A stretch of DNA of 63,595 nt, counting the filler, from Octopus bimaculoides (taxonomy: Eukaryota): assembly GCF_001194135.2 (NCBI RefSeq). It is 12 parts of 11 records of this genome, joined end to end, with 100 filler letters (N's around TTAATTAATTAA, not from the genome) between each part and the next. Parts side by side here need not be neighbours in the genome. Positions count along the whole stretch, not along the records: positions 1 to 5,949 come from NC_068990.1; positions 6,050 to 11,630 come from NC_068985.1; positions 11,731 to 14,103 come from NC_068985.1; 9 more parts are not named here. One strand, given 5' to 3'. Made by a program: the position numbers and the translations under genes. Positions within the stretch are counted from its first letter, which is position 1, and every line of letters begins with the position of its first letter. Below the pieces are notes generated by a model that was given only the letters and a program-made list of their open reading frames with translations, did not search any database and was not told the origin of the DNA. Shown in pieces: positions 1-11,970 of this stretch.

Positions 1-35
<35 letters not shown>
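1..35. repeat. (GA)n microsatellite
   Basis: Direct reading. Dozens of similar (TA)n, (CA)n, (GA)n, (GATA)n and (AAT)n tracts occur across the window and are not all listed. Confidence 0.95.
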
Positions 36-36
<1 letters not shown>

Positions 37-179
37 ACGGTGAAAGGGAGAGAAGAATAGAGAAAGGGTGGGAGAGAAAATCAGAAAGGATGAAGAACAA
101 GAGAGCGAGAGAGATAAACAGGGAAGTGACAGTAATAGTAGCAGAGTACGCATTGTAATTATTAAGATAAAACTTACTT

Positions 180-446
180 GGGCATATGACGTTGTGGTTA
201 AGAGCGCGGGCTACTAACCCCAAGATTCCGAGTTCTATTCTAGGCAGTGACCTTAATAATAATAATTATAATAATAACAACATCGAAAAATTCCTTAGAA
301 ATGAGAACCCAGGTTCGAAATTTCCCCAAAACACCTGATGAAGGCTGGAGGGTTGTATTAACAACAAACAAGATGAGAACAAATATCCGTCAATTGTAAA
401 TAATGCAAATAATGTACATAATTCCTTATCTTTTAAGTACAGAACT
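180..446 (+). mobile_element. tRNA-headed hammerhead SINE, copy 1 (ribozyme 3' half deleted)
   Basis: Head gggcatatgacgttgtggttaagagcgcgggctactaaccccaagattccgagttctattc, then (AAT)n, then acacCTGATGAaggctggagg with about 15 nt deleted (including cagccgaaacg), then tail ending agaact. Colinear with copies at 3012, 19820, 38947 and 50027. Confidence 0.85.
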
Positions 447-1100
447 CAATTATATGAAGTGCAGAATTGACTACACTACCGATAGCGACAGATGCAGAAC
501 GTGTAGTGAGAGGGGTGAAATAGTATGGCACATCTTTAGCGAATACCCGAAATTGGCACAACGCGAATACAAACGACGTCATGACAATGTGGCAAGAATG
601 ATCAATTGGAAGCTCTGTGGAAATCACGGCCTAAACAGAGCAAACACGTGGTATGAACAAACTCCAAAAGGAGTCACAGAAAATGACAACTGCTAAATCT
701 TGTGGGATATAATGATCCAGTGCGATCACCTGGCCAGACATAGGAAACCGGACATTGTTGTGGTGAATAAAAAAGAAAGAACATTTAGGATTATCGACAT
801 AGCATGCCCCGCTGACAACAAGATCAATGTGAAAGAAGAAGAAAAAACATCTACGATGGTTTGAAGTGGAAAATGCGATGGCTGTGGTCAATGAAGAGAG
901 TAGACGCGATACCAATAGTAATTGGTGCACTTAGAAGTATCAGCACATGTCTGAAAAAGATCGGTGCAAGAACACCTACAAAAATCAGCATTGCTTGAAA
1001 CTGCAAGAATTCTTCGCAGGGTTCTTGAAGCATGACCAGTAAACAAGTGTCACCTTAGTCTGCTTGTGTTGGACAACTGACACTTTCCATCATACCCAGC
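447..1100 (+). mobile_element. Dong/R4-clade non-LTR retrotransposon 3' fragment (CCHC finger plus restriction-like endonuclease), decayed
   Basis: Translations DRCRTCSERGEIVWHIFSEYPKLAQREYKRRHDNVARMINW and ILWDIMIQCDHLARHRKPDIVVVNKKERTFRIIDIACPAD match the R4/Dong Zn-knuckle and PD..D-type RLE pattern. Stops and frameshifts present. Confidence 0.8.
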
Positions 1101-1117
1101 TGGGATCCATTGATCGT

Positions 1118-2357
1118 TTAGATCACTGTGATCCATTGATCGTTTAGCTTCATGTCATTGCAGTTGATGTTAGTTTGGGAGGAAGAGCATTCAGGAGAAA
1201 CTTGCTTTTCCGTGGCAACGGGGCACAGACTCCTTCTTTGTCTTGGTTTGGGCGTGAGTGTCGGAGAAGGTGTAGGAGTCTTGTGCACTTGTTTATGATT
1301 TAGCAGTTGTGGTTCTTGTGATGTTGGCTGCAGTGAGACTTCTTTTTTCTTTGTTTCAGGGCAGGAAACTTTTAAGTGTTTTACAGATCCACATTTATGG
1401 CATCTCGGCTTTCTATTCTTCACGAACACTAACAGGTGAGTGCCATCCTGGAGATCGATTAGATCAGGCAGATAGTCTACTTGGTCCTGCTTGCATTGCA
1501 AGGTCAATTTCATACCTATACCTAACCAGTTTTGCTTAGGTAACTTCTTGACCTCTAGTATAGTGACTTCGTCTTCTAAATCTGCGAAGACAGCCGCCAC
1601 CAACCAGGTAATGAATATTTCTGGCGACACATTTATCACCCTAATCTTGGCAAGACGTTGGCCGCGATAGCTGGGGATTAAGGAAAAGATGTCATTCTTC
1701 AAAGTGGTTGCGGAATTACATCTAGTTTCTTCTTCCGTCCCAAATCTCACCTCAATGGTTCCAAACTTCCTTACTCGGGTGATGTGTGTCTTTTGTTCCC
1801 ACGCGCGCCTAAGGCATTTCTATACTTTGCTTTCCGGAGCATTTTCCACCTGCCGAGACTTGACTCCGATGCAACGGTATGTGATCGTGCATCTTGTGAT
1901 ATTTTCTATCACGTCCAATGAGGGTTTAGAGCTACGCTTCTCTTTTAACAGTTTTTCTAGCAAATTTTAATTCTTCTTCATCTATGTGCAAGCACTCCAT
2001 ATTTCTCGCCGCTGACGCAAGAGATACAGTGGCGATATTTGCATTTTTATATTTTATTTCTTTCGTATTGTTGTTGCTGTTATTATTATCGCTGATGTTT
2101 TTGTTGCTGCTGCTGTCACAACTGCTGCTGCTGTTACTATTGCTGATGTTGTCACTGCTGCTGCTGTTGCTGTTGTTGTTCTCTTTCTCGACACCTAAAA
2201 TTTTGACGTTGCGTAGATACGAAACATTTTTCGCCCCAGTGACGTCATTAAATTTAGGCCACTCGATGCTAATATCCTCATTTCTTTCATTGTTCTCAAA
2301 ATTTCTCAAGGAGCGCGTTCCTTTATCGAACATTATGATGGCTTCTTTATAAACCAT
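1118..2357 (-). mobile_element. Gag-like ORF1 with CX2CX4HX4C knuckle, probably from an L1/Tx1-type LINE; disrupted
   Basis: 210-aa ORF contains CHKCGSVKHLKVSC. The frame continues upstream past one TAG, then shifts into the 1932-2357 ORF, which has a low-complexity S/N tract. No ORF2 follows. Clade is inference. Confidence 0.5.
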
Positions 2358-3011
2358 CTTTAAAAAATTGCAGAAAATTGCGAAATATGTGTTTATGCTG
2401 AAAGCAGTTAAAATTCAAAAATTATTTATGCGCACCCCCTGCAAAACAGGGGTGTTTTTTCACAAAACTACTATCTGCACAATCCAAACAATCTCTGAAA
2501 TATAATGGTAAGAAGAGAAATGAAAAGACGGGACCTTAGAAGGCCGAAAATATTGCAAATACGTTTTCAACTTATGGAGTAGCAAATTTCCATGACTTCA
2601 CAATATGTACATTGTTTTGTCTTGGTATAAAAGATGGGCTACAGCAAATATTCTGCTCAATACCACAGACTTGCTTGTCAGTTGTTTGACCTTAACCAGT
2701 TGAGGATGTCCCTTGGTGGCTGACAATATGTGCATCTCTGAGCAGAAGTAGTGGAGAAGCATCATAGCCATGTGTTGAGAGGAATTTTTTGGAGCTTGAA
2801 TTATTCACCTCTGGAAACATGGGTATTTCGTTCAACATCCTTAAGCAACCGTTATTTGGAGACCTTTTGAGCGGGATGGGCTACTCGACCTGAAACAATT
2901 CTAACTGGGCCTCATCTGCAAGGTCATGCGCTGTTTATCTTGATACGATCATCACCATGTCGCGTACATATGGTTGTGAATCATGTGTCTGGTGTAGCCT
3001 TATCAGCACTG

Positions 3012-3114
3012 TGCCCGTGGGCATATGGCGTAGTGGTGAAAAGCGTGGGCTACTAAACCCAATATTCCGAGTTTGATTCCAGCCAGTGACCTGAAAAAAA
3101 TAAAATAAAATAAA

Positions 3115-3179
<65 letters not shown>

Positions 3180-3366
3180 TAATGATAACAACAACATCGA
3201 AAAATGCCTTAGGAATGAGAGCCTAGATTCGAAATTTCCCCAAGACACCTGATGAAGGCTGGAGGGCGTATCAACCGAAACGTTCTGTTAAAAACAAACA
3301 AGATGACGACAAATATCCGTCAAATGTAAATAATGTACATAATTCCTCATCTCTTAAATATAGAAC
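3012..3366 (+). mobile_element. tRNA-headed hammerhead SINE, copy 2 (full length)
   Basis: Box A tggcgtagtgg, box B gagtttgattcc, (AAT)n, hammerhead motif at 3245-3288, tail ending tagaac. The 5' end carries the palindrome remnant tgccc-gt-gggca. Confidence 0.9.
3245..3288 (+). ncRNA. Minimal type I hammerhead ribozyme motif (stem I and stem II each carry one mismatch)
   Basis: acac CTGATGA a ggctg gagggcgtat caacc GAAA cg tt ctgt. Core intact. Confidence 0.65.
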
Positions 3367-4730
3367 AAGGTAATAAGTATCAACACTTTAGCCGTCCCAG
3401 TTATTTGTTACAGCTACAATATCCTTGTTGGCACTCAGTCGATTACGACTTCAAGGGTTCCAGTTGATCCGATCAACGGAACAGCCTGCTCGTGAAATTA
3501 ACGTGCAAGTGGCTGAGCACTCCACAGACACGTGTACCCTTAACGTAGTTCTCGGGGATATTCAGCGTGACACAGTGTGACAAGGCTGACCCTTTGAATT
3601 ACAGGTACAACAGAAACAGGAAGTAAGAGTGAGAGTAAGTTGTGGTGGAAGAGTACAGCAGGGTTCGCCATCATCCCCTGCCGGAGCCTCGATGAGCTTT
3701 AGGTGTTTTCGCTCAATAAACACTCACAACGCCCGGACTAGGAATCGAAACCACGATCCCATGACCGTGAGTCCGCTGCCCTAACCACTGGGCCATTGCG
3801 CCTCCACACAATATCCTTAACTAGACACTTAATGAACTAATCAAAATAGACAGGAAAACGAGAAAAATAATGACAGCATTTAGGCTGCACCACCCAAAAT
3901 CTGACATAGAAAGGTTATATATACAACGTATAGAAGGTGGTAGAGTCTTATACATCTAGAAAACTATTACAAAATAACCATCATAGGAATACAAAAATAC
4001 CTACTTCAGAAGCAAGGAAAACTGATACAAATAGCCACAAAACACGCAAAAAACTGTTTTCAGTCTTCAAGGATGCTGACAAACACAAACAAGAAGTCAT
4101 ACTACCTAACAACTATGAAGAAAAAGCAAAAAGCAACAAAAGCTGTAAAACAAATGAAATCCAAACTAAAACTGGAACAGCAATGGATCATGATAAAACG
4201 ACGGCAAGAAAAGCTCCTTCATAGCAAATACTGGGTTAAACTAAACGCAAAAGAAATAGACAAAGCAAAATCCCAACAATGGCTGAGAAGCTCAAGACTT
4301 AAAGCAGAGACCAAAGCACAAGACCAAAGCCTCCCCCACCAGAAATTACCAAAACCATATAATGAAAAAAACACGTAACAAGTAACTGCAGAATGTGGAG
4401 ATGGACAAGAAACAATAAATCATATTGTCTCTGGCTGCCCAGTCCTGGCTAAGAAGGAATATATTCACAGACACGACAGAGTTGGGACCTACATACACTG
4501 GAAGGTATGATAAAAAAAATATTCAGACAAATTCATAACAAAAACACCAGGACTAACAAATATATATAACATACATAAAATAGCACTACTAGGCACCGCA
4601 CACATCCTACATAAAACACTTTCAATACAGTAATTATAAGAGCATCACAACAAACTACAACACATACCCAAAGCACACAGAACTGCGCTCGGTAGTGCAG
4701 TGAAAGCACGTGATAAAAATAAGACTACTG
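3367..4730 (+). mobile_element. Dong/R4-clade non-LTR retrotransposon, 5'-truncated, decayed, interrupted by a SINE
   Basis: Peptides KVISINTLAVPVICYSYNI, KIDRKTRKIMTAFRLHHPKSDIERLYIQRIEGGR, KSQQWLRSSRLKAET and CRMCGDGQETINHIVSGCPVLAKKEYIHRHDRVGTYIHWK, followed by a 3' UTR up to the gap. Confidence 0.8.
3427..3807 (-). mobile_element. tRNA-derived SINE, family B1 (full length)
   Basis: Minus-strand head gtggaggcgcaatggcccagtggttagggcagcggactcacggtcatgggatcgtggtttcgattcc. Exact 11-bp TSD acaatatcctt at 3416-3426 and 3808-3818. Further copies at 22459, 52734 and 54981. Confidence 0.9.
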
Positions 4731-4831
4731 ANNNNNNNNNNNNNNNNNNNNNNNNNNNNNNNNNNNNNNNNNNNNNNNNNNNNNNNNNNNNNNNNNNNNN
4801 NNNNNNNNNNNNNNNNNNNNNNNNNNNNNNN

Positions 4832-4862
<31 letters not shown>

Positions 4863-5876
4863 TATTTCATGCGTTAGGAAGGGTGGGTTCCTGCAGTGGT
4901 TCGTATTTTCCTTGCATATAAATATACACATACATATAAACATACGATATGTTTACAGTTGAGGGCTTGAGAGCATGGTCCACATTACCGGGGTGAAAGT
5001 TTATAGTAATAGTTATGATAGCAGTTGGTATTAAAGGTAGTAAAGCCCCAGGTAGTCACCAAGACACTGTATTAGTTTCCGTTATTTTTCGGTCAACAAG
5101 TTGCTGAATCCCTGTGTGTAGTGGGGAGGGGTTATAGTCAGTCCCGTAACCTAATTGGTCAGCTATTTTTTTGAAAGGCCATGACGCTGTTATGGTTGTT
5201 TAATGGTTAACAGATAACATAAAAACAAACTAGATGAAAATATATATAAATGCATAAAAACAAATACACTATGGTAAACTATGGGCAGGTAGAAGAGTAA
5301 GAATTAATATTGAAACTTGATTCGATTAGATTAAATGAAATTAAATTAGATTAAATTAAGATCATATAAGTAAAGTGTGGATGAATGGATAAGTTAGCGT
5401 GTACGATAGGTTAGAGTGATATGATTAAGGGGTTGTGATCTTAATAGACTGCATACGAAAAATAAGTTATTACAAAGGTATAAAATCGCATACAATAAAT
5501 GTAACACATGCATCTATCTAATAAGGGGAATCAATTGTATATTTTTAACCAAAATATAGAGGCAATGCAGGGGGAAATATATTCCGGAAGATATAAGGAA
5601 TAATTCCTAACAAGGGACAACAAGCCAAAAGGACCGGATAGATTGTTTTTCTAAGTGGTCGTTATTCCTCGCTATTATTATATTTAAATATATTATATTG
5701 GATACAAGCCATTAAATGCATGGCGCTATGTAATAGTGTCGAGTCGTTCAATTAATAACCCAATCAGTCATTCAGTCCATTAATACTTTTATCCATCTAT
5801 TTATTCAGTTATTTAAGTTTAGTGCTTTATTTAAGTAAGGGGTTAGCTTGAAGTAGAATGTTTATGTTAATTTGTA

Positions 5877-5921
<45 letters not shown>

Positions 5922-6103
5922 ATTTATGTATATATATATATATATATATNNNNNNNNNNNNNNNNNNNNNNNNNNNNNNNNNNNNNNNNNNNNTTAATTA
6001 ATTAANNNNNNNNNNNNNNNNNNNNNNNNNNNNNNNNNNNNNNNNNNNNCAGAAACACACACACACAACACACACGCACGCACACTTACAAAGGCAGAAA
6101 GAA

Positions 6104-6157
<54 letters not shown>

Positions 6158-6690
6158 GGAGGTGTGGAAGAGACTATCAACATGGCCTGAATATTAGGTT
6201 GTCAAAGGAAATTGTTCGGTTAAATGTGCCATTGACCCACTTTCGATTTCCAATTGTAATTTTCTTTTTCTCTTTACATCATAACAGTCTCATTACACCT
6301 TCCCCTAAAATACTTCAGGACGGCCCTGTCCTTGAGAAAGTAAACATGCTTCCTTGATAAATCAATTGTGTGGCGGCGTGTGTTTGTTGTCTGTTACCCT
6401 ACTACAGCGTATCATTGCCTCTTCTCAGTGTTGTTGAAGTCATATATAGTATTGGATCTATTTTAAAACGGGGGCGCCAGTTTTCATTTATGTTTTATGT
6501 AGTGTTTTTGGTACGGAAATACTTTCAAACTTCGTATACTTATCTATTTTGTGTCATAGAACAGAAAAATATTTTTGTATTCGAATTTATTTCATGTAAA
6601 AAATTGTCTTATTTCGATAATTTCTACTAATCACTGACGTCTATTCAGTTGAAAACAGTTAGCGCTGTAACAGTGTATATCGTATTAATC

Positions 6691-6708
6691 CCCTAACCCT
6701 AACCCTAA
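6691..6708 (-). repeat. (TTAGGG)3 telomere-type repeat abutting an assembly gap
   Basis: ccctaaccctaaccctaa immediately before the N-run. Confidence 0.6.
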
Positions 6709-8293
6709 CTNNNNNNNNNNNNNNNNNNNNNNNNNNNNNNNNNNNNNNNNNNNNNNNNNNNNNNNNNNNNNNNNNNNNNNNNNNNNNNNNNNNNNNNNNN
6801 NNNNNNNNNNNNNNNNNNNNNNNNNNNNNNNNNNNNNNNNNNNNNNNNNNNNNNNNNNNNNNNNNNNNNNNNNNNNNNNNNNNNNNNNNNNNNNNNNNNN
6901 NNNNNNNNNNNNNNNNNNNNNNNNNNNNNNNNNNNNNNNNNNNNNNNNNNNNNNNNNNNNNNNNNNNNNNNNNNNNNNNNNNNNNNNNNNNNNNNNNNNN
7001 NNNNNNNNNNNNNNNNNNNNNNNNNNNNNNNNNNNNNNNNNNNNNNNNNNNNNNNNNNNNNNNNNNNNNNNNNNNNNNNNNNNNNNNNNNNNNNNNNNNN
7101 NNNNNNNNNNNNNNNNNNNNNNNNNNNNNNNNNNNNNNNNNNNNNNNNNNNNNNNNNNNNNNNNNNNNNNNNNNNNNNNNNNNNNNNNNNNNNNNNNNNN
7201 NNNNNNNNNNNNNNNNNNNNNNNNNNNNNNNNNNNNNNNNNNNNNNNNNNNNNNNNNNNNNNNNNNNNNNNNNNNNNNNNNNNNNNNNNNNNNNNNNNNN
7301 NNNNNNNNNNNNNNNNNNNNNNNNNNNNNNNNNNNNNNNNNNNNNNNNNNNNNNNNNNNNNNNNNNNNNNNNNNNNNNNNNNNNNNNNNNNNNNNNNNNN
7401 NNNNNNNNNNNNNNNNNNNNNNNNNNNNNNNNNNNNNNNNNNNNNNNNNNNNNNNNNNNNNNNNNNNNNNNNNNNNNNNNNNNNNNNNNNNNNNNNNNNN
7501 NNNNNNNNNNNNNNNNNNNNNNNNNNNNNNNNNNNNNNNATATAAGTGTGTGTGTGTGTGTGTTTATGTGTGAGTGTATGCATATGTTTATGTGTGTGCT
7601 TGTGTGTATGTGTGCAAGTGTGTATTTATGTGTGCATATGTGTGTATGTATGTGTTTATATGCGTGTGTGTGTTCATGTGTGTAGGTGTACATATGTGTA
7701 TTTATGTGTGTGCATATATGGGTTTATGTGTGTGTGTGTTCATGTATGTGTATACGTGTGTATTTATGTATGTGTGTGCTTGTGTGTGCTTGTGTGTGTG
7801 TGTGTGTGTATTTGTGTATAGCGCATTGTTCAGTTACTTTATCTTTCGTTTTTGTCATGTTTCAGTCATTAGACTGTGGCCATCAAAAGAAGGGCTGGAT
7901 GAAAGGGTTAGTGCAAGGTCTTAAGACGTGCGCACATTATACGCAATACAGATTACAAAAAAGGAAGAGCTGGTTCGGAAGTGCTTGAGATGTGCTACAG
8001 AAACAGCTAGCTCTGACAAGCAGAGGCTAGTGTTGCTGTAAAAGAAAAGTCTAAGGAAAGTTATAATGTGTGTGGACCATATATTGATGTTCTGGTGAAG
8101 GGCTTTGTGCTAATCAGTTGGTAAGCTGTTTTTGTCATTAGTTTAAGATATATGTCTGTAGTACGAGCAGCGACTCAGATATGGAATGATACACCGTTAT
8201 GGGTTTCATGTAAGCACGTTAAAAGATTTACGGTTGTTGGTGTAAAGAAAGAAAAGGTCTGTATTTGTATTGGAGATTTTACCATAATGTGAA

Positions 8294-8601
8294 GGCGGAT
8301 GGCTTAGTGGTTAGGGCATTCGACTCACGATTGTAAAATCGTGAGTTCAATTCCCGGCGACGCGTTGTGTCCTTGAGCAAGACACTTTATTTCACGTTGC
8401 TCCAGTCCACTCATCTGGCAAAAATGAGTTGTACCTGTATTTCAAAGGGCCAGCCATGTCACGCTGAATCTCCCTGAAAACTACGTTACGGGTACTCGTG
8501 TCTGTCGATTGCTCAGTCACTTGCACGTTAATTTCATGAGCAGGCTGTTCCGTTGATCGTATCAGCTGGGACCCTCGTCGTTGTAAACGACGGAGTGCTA
8601 C
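8294..8601 (+). mobile_element. tRNA-derived SINE, family B2 (different head and middle, same 3' tail as B1)
   Basis: Head ggcggatggcttagtggttagggcattcgactcacg...gagttcaattccc. Its tail is homologous to the B1 tail. Second copy at 54063-54385. Confidence 0.8.
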
Positions 8602-8649
8602 TTTTAGTATAATGAGGTTGCACGAACGGAAGAATCTCATTTTATGGTG

Positions 8650-9195
8650 AATTTCTGAGTTCAAATTCCGCCGAGGTCGACTTTGCTGTTCATCCTTTCG
8701 GGGTCGATAAATTAAGTACCAGTTACGCACAGGGGTCGATGTAATCGAATTAATCCCTTTGTTTGTCCTTGTTTGTCGCCTCTATGTTTAGCCACTTGTG
8801 AGCAGTAAAGAAATAAGAAATATTAGCACGCCGGGTGAAATGCTTATCGATATTTTGTCTGTCTTTACGTTCTGAGTTTAAATTCCGCCGAGGTCGACTT
8901 TGCCTTTTATTCTATCGGGGTCGATAAATTAAGTACCAGTTACGTACTGAGGTCGATCTAATCGGCTGTCCCCTACCCCAAAGATTTCGAACCTTGTGCG
9001 TAGAGTAGAAAAGAATTGTTAGCGTACATGGAAACATAACACATTTCTTCTTGCTCTCTTTTCTTAGTTCAAATGCTATAGGGGTCGACTTTGTCTTTCA
9101 TCCTTTCGAGATCACTAAAATAAGTATCACCTAAGCACAGGGTTCGATGTAATCGACTTATTCCCTCCCACAAAAATGCTGCCTTTGTGTGAAAA
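8650..9195 (+). mobile_element. Three adjacent fragments of SINE family C
   Basis: Repeated ctgagttcaaattccgccgaggtcgactttgcctttcatcctttcggggtcgataaattaagtacc block near 8655, 8870 and 9085. Homologous copy at 18283. Confidence 0.8.
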
Positions 9196-10959
9196 TTTTG
9201 AAACAAATAACAAGTAAAGATAATGAGAGACAACATAAGACGTCTATGGTAGCCTTGAATAATGAAAACGATCTAATTGACGTTCATTATATTCAGCACT
9301 GGAGCAAAATTGTACAAATAGAAAAATTGATGATATCTGTGTCAGAAAGATAATATAGGTTGCATCCCACGCTTCGAAAAGTTCTTCCTGAATGCAGTCA
9401 GTATTTAGATTAACTTATATTTATATATTTTTGTTTTTATATGAAATTCTTAAATTCATAAAACTTGTGATGTTTTACATATTTTCTTCATACATATGCT
9501 ACAAGGGTTACTTAAAGAAATGTTTTATTCCAGATTTTTATTTTACAGATGTATAAACATTCCAGCTAAATCATCGTGTCAAGCCCCGAATGTTTGGAAG
9601 CTTAAACGCGACCCATTTGTGGTAGATGTAACTCAAGAAAAATTTTAGAGTGGGTTTAAATAAATATATTGTTTACATAGAGATTTAATTAGTTAATATG
9701 CGCTACGATGATTTCTCGTAAGAAAATATATGTATGGAAGTTAATAATTATTTATATTAATGTGGCGTTTGTAAATCTCATGAATATTAAAGTTCTGAAA
9801 GAGTGAGCAATAACATTATGAAAGGGCGAGCAGTGTTGTTGTAACAAATTTCACCATGTTTTGTTTTGAAGCTTGTTATAGAGACTCTAGGTTTGTTCCT
9901 TACGTGCCACAAATTCTTTCTTACTGTCAGCAAAACAGGACTGAAGGTAACTGAAGTCATTAGCTTTCTTGAGTCATATGCCAACGTTGAAGAAAAACTG
10001 GGAAGTTGTTTACTGCCTCGTTGATAATTATTTGTTGCAAAGATTTTCAACCGGGATCCATTTGGCTCTTGGTGAACCATATAAGATTTTGTCAAAATTT
10101 ATCGACAATATATTGATTATACTTCTACAAAACACAAAATATTTTTTTTAATATTTTATACAAATACTAACTTTTACGTAGAAATATCCACGACAATCAT
10201 GAGGTGAAAAGGGGCTTACGTGCTTCCTTGAAAATAATTTCTGCTGTTGTGGGGAACTCCATTGTTTGACAGACAATGATTTGCACAAATACTGATGAGT
10301 AACCATAGATGATGGTATTTCTTTTGGCAATCTTATCAGCATACGTATTCCACTTAACTTTACAAATACTGCTCAGAATTGGGGAGCCCTTTTTGACCAA
10401 AGTCATCGTGCAGAACACCAAGTGATATCACATTATATTGTGGGCGCTTCTTCATAGACAGAACCGAATTCCTTTCAATTACATTGTAGCTATTAGCAAA
10501 GACAACATGGAATTTATGAGCAAGCAAAGATCATGAAGGACAGAGTTCCTACCGCGGGGTGAAAACATTTTCAATTGCGGCCGCGATAGTGCTTCTTTGA
10601 CAATAAACTCTATCACGAATCACGGAAACCAGAAAGGAACGCTTGTAAACAAATTTCGATGGGCAATTCAGTTGCATGACAGATTTCTTACATATCTTCT
10701 AAATATGCATAAAGGAGTATACTATACATGTGTGTGTGTGTGTATGCATATGTTACTCTCGGTTCAAATATAAAGCTTCCTAGTTCGAATCCAGCCTGGT
10801 TCAATGTACATATATCTTTGCAATCTGATGTTGGCTACACTAGAAACAAAAATAAAGAAAGGAAATACTGATATCTTGCAGTACGAGTTTAATTCGTTCC
10901 ATGACCGAGCATGTCTGACAATTTACTAGTTTTACAAATCGACATTCCTCTTTGAAATT

Positions 10960-11225
10960 AACTAAAGCCTAGTGAGTGGATTTGATAGACGGAAACTGAA
11001 GGAAGCCCGTCGTATATATGTAAATATATATATGTTTGTGTGTCTGTGTTCTCACCCCCCCCCCCGTCATCGCTTGACAACCAATGTTGGTGTGTTTGCA
11101 TCCCCGTGAGCTAGCGATTCAGCAAAAGTGAAGGATAGAATAAGCACTAGACGTGCAAAAAGTAAGTCCTGGGGTCGATTTGTTCGACTAAAGGCGGTGC
11201 TCCAGCATGACCACAGTCAAATGAC
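10960..11225 (+). mobile_element. SINE family D, 3' part with internal microsatellite
   Basis: gacggaaactgaaggaagcccgtcgtatat...(TG)n...ggggtcgatttgttcgactaaaggcggtgctccagcatg. Confidence 0.8.
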
Positions 11226-11729
11226 TGGATTACATATTGGAGTTGATAAATTCTATGTGTGCGTAGTAGAGCCCTCAATATTTTAACGTACATTAATTTT
11301 GTTATGTTTTTCTCTGAGAACGATTTGGTCAATTGCATGTTAGCAAAACGTGTAGAGAAAATTACAAGAATATGAACAATACACGCACACACGAACACAC
11401 ACACACACACACACAAACACACATATATATTTACATAGGTGTGTGTGTGTATATTTATATATACACACATATAAATACATACCTATATATTATATATATA
11501 TAAAGTCTAGTACAAAAACGAAAAAAAAAAAAAAAGTTACGCCGTTATCTCTTAAAACCAAGTAATGCATGTCCATTTATGTAATTGCACTTAGATGCGT
11601 GAAATACCGAGGGATTTGATAAAAAAAAAANNNNNNNNNNNNNNNNNNNNNNNNNNNNNNNNNNNNNNNNNNNNTTAATTAATTAANNNNNNNNNNNNNN
11701 NNNNNNNNNNNNNNNNNNNNNNNNNNNNN

Positions 11730-11970
11730 NTATATATGTGTGTGTGTGTGTTTGTGTATATGTTTGTGTGTCTGTATTTGTCACCCCAACATCGCTTGAC
11801 AATCGATGCTGGTGTGTTTACGTCCCCGTAACTTAGCGGTTCGGCTAAAATGACCGATAGAATAAGTACCAGGCTTCCAAAGAATAAGTCCTGGGGTCGA
11901 TTTGCTCGACTAAAGGCGGTGCTCCAGCATGGCCACAGTCAAATGACTGAAACAAGTAAAAGAGTAAAAA
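11730..11970 (+). mobile_element. SINE family D, 3' half
   Basis: catcgcttgacaatcgatgctggtgtgtttacgtccccgtaacttagcggttcgg...gactgaaacaagtaaaagagtaaa. Confidence 0.85.

Noticed and set aside
180-255. SINE heads as functional tRNA genes (anticodon ACT)
   Set aside because: Acceptor and anticodon stems do not pair fully, and each head runs into a SINE body.
5994-6005. TTAATTAATTAA embedded in N-runs, repeated at 11 gaps (for example 11675, 14148, 16126, 20391, 29231, 32910, 40784, 44415, 47814, 57727)
   Set aside because: Identical 12-mer always flanked by Ns; it places stops in all six frames. Scaffolding spacer, not biology.
6659-7988. Long ORFs rich in X, H/T, C/V, Y/I or L/S (here and throughout)
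   Set aside because: Translations of N-runs and microsatellites.
9787-10421. 60-100 aa ORFs in unique AT-rich sequence
   Set aside because: No recognisable domain and no consistent exon chain across the candidate splice sites.
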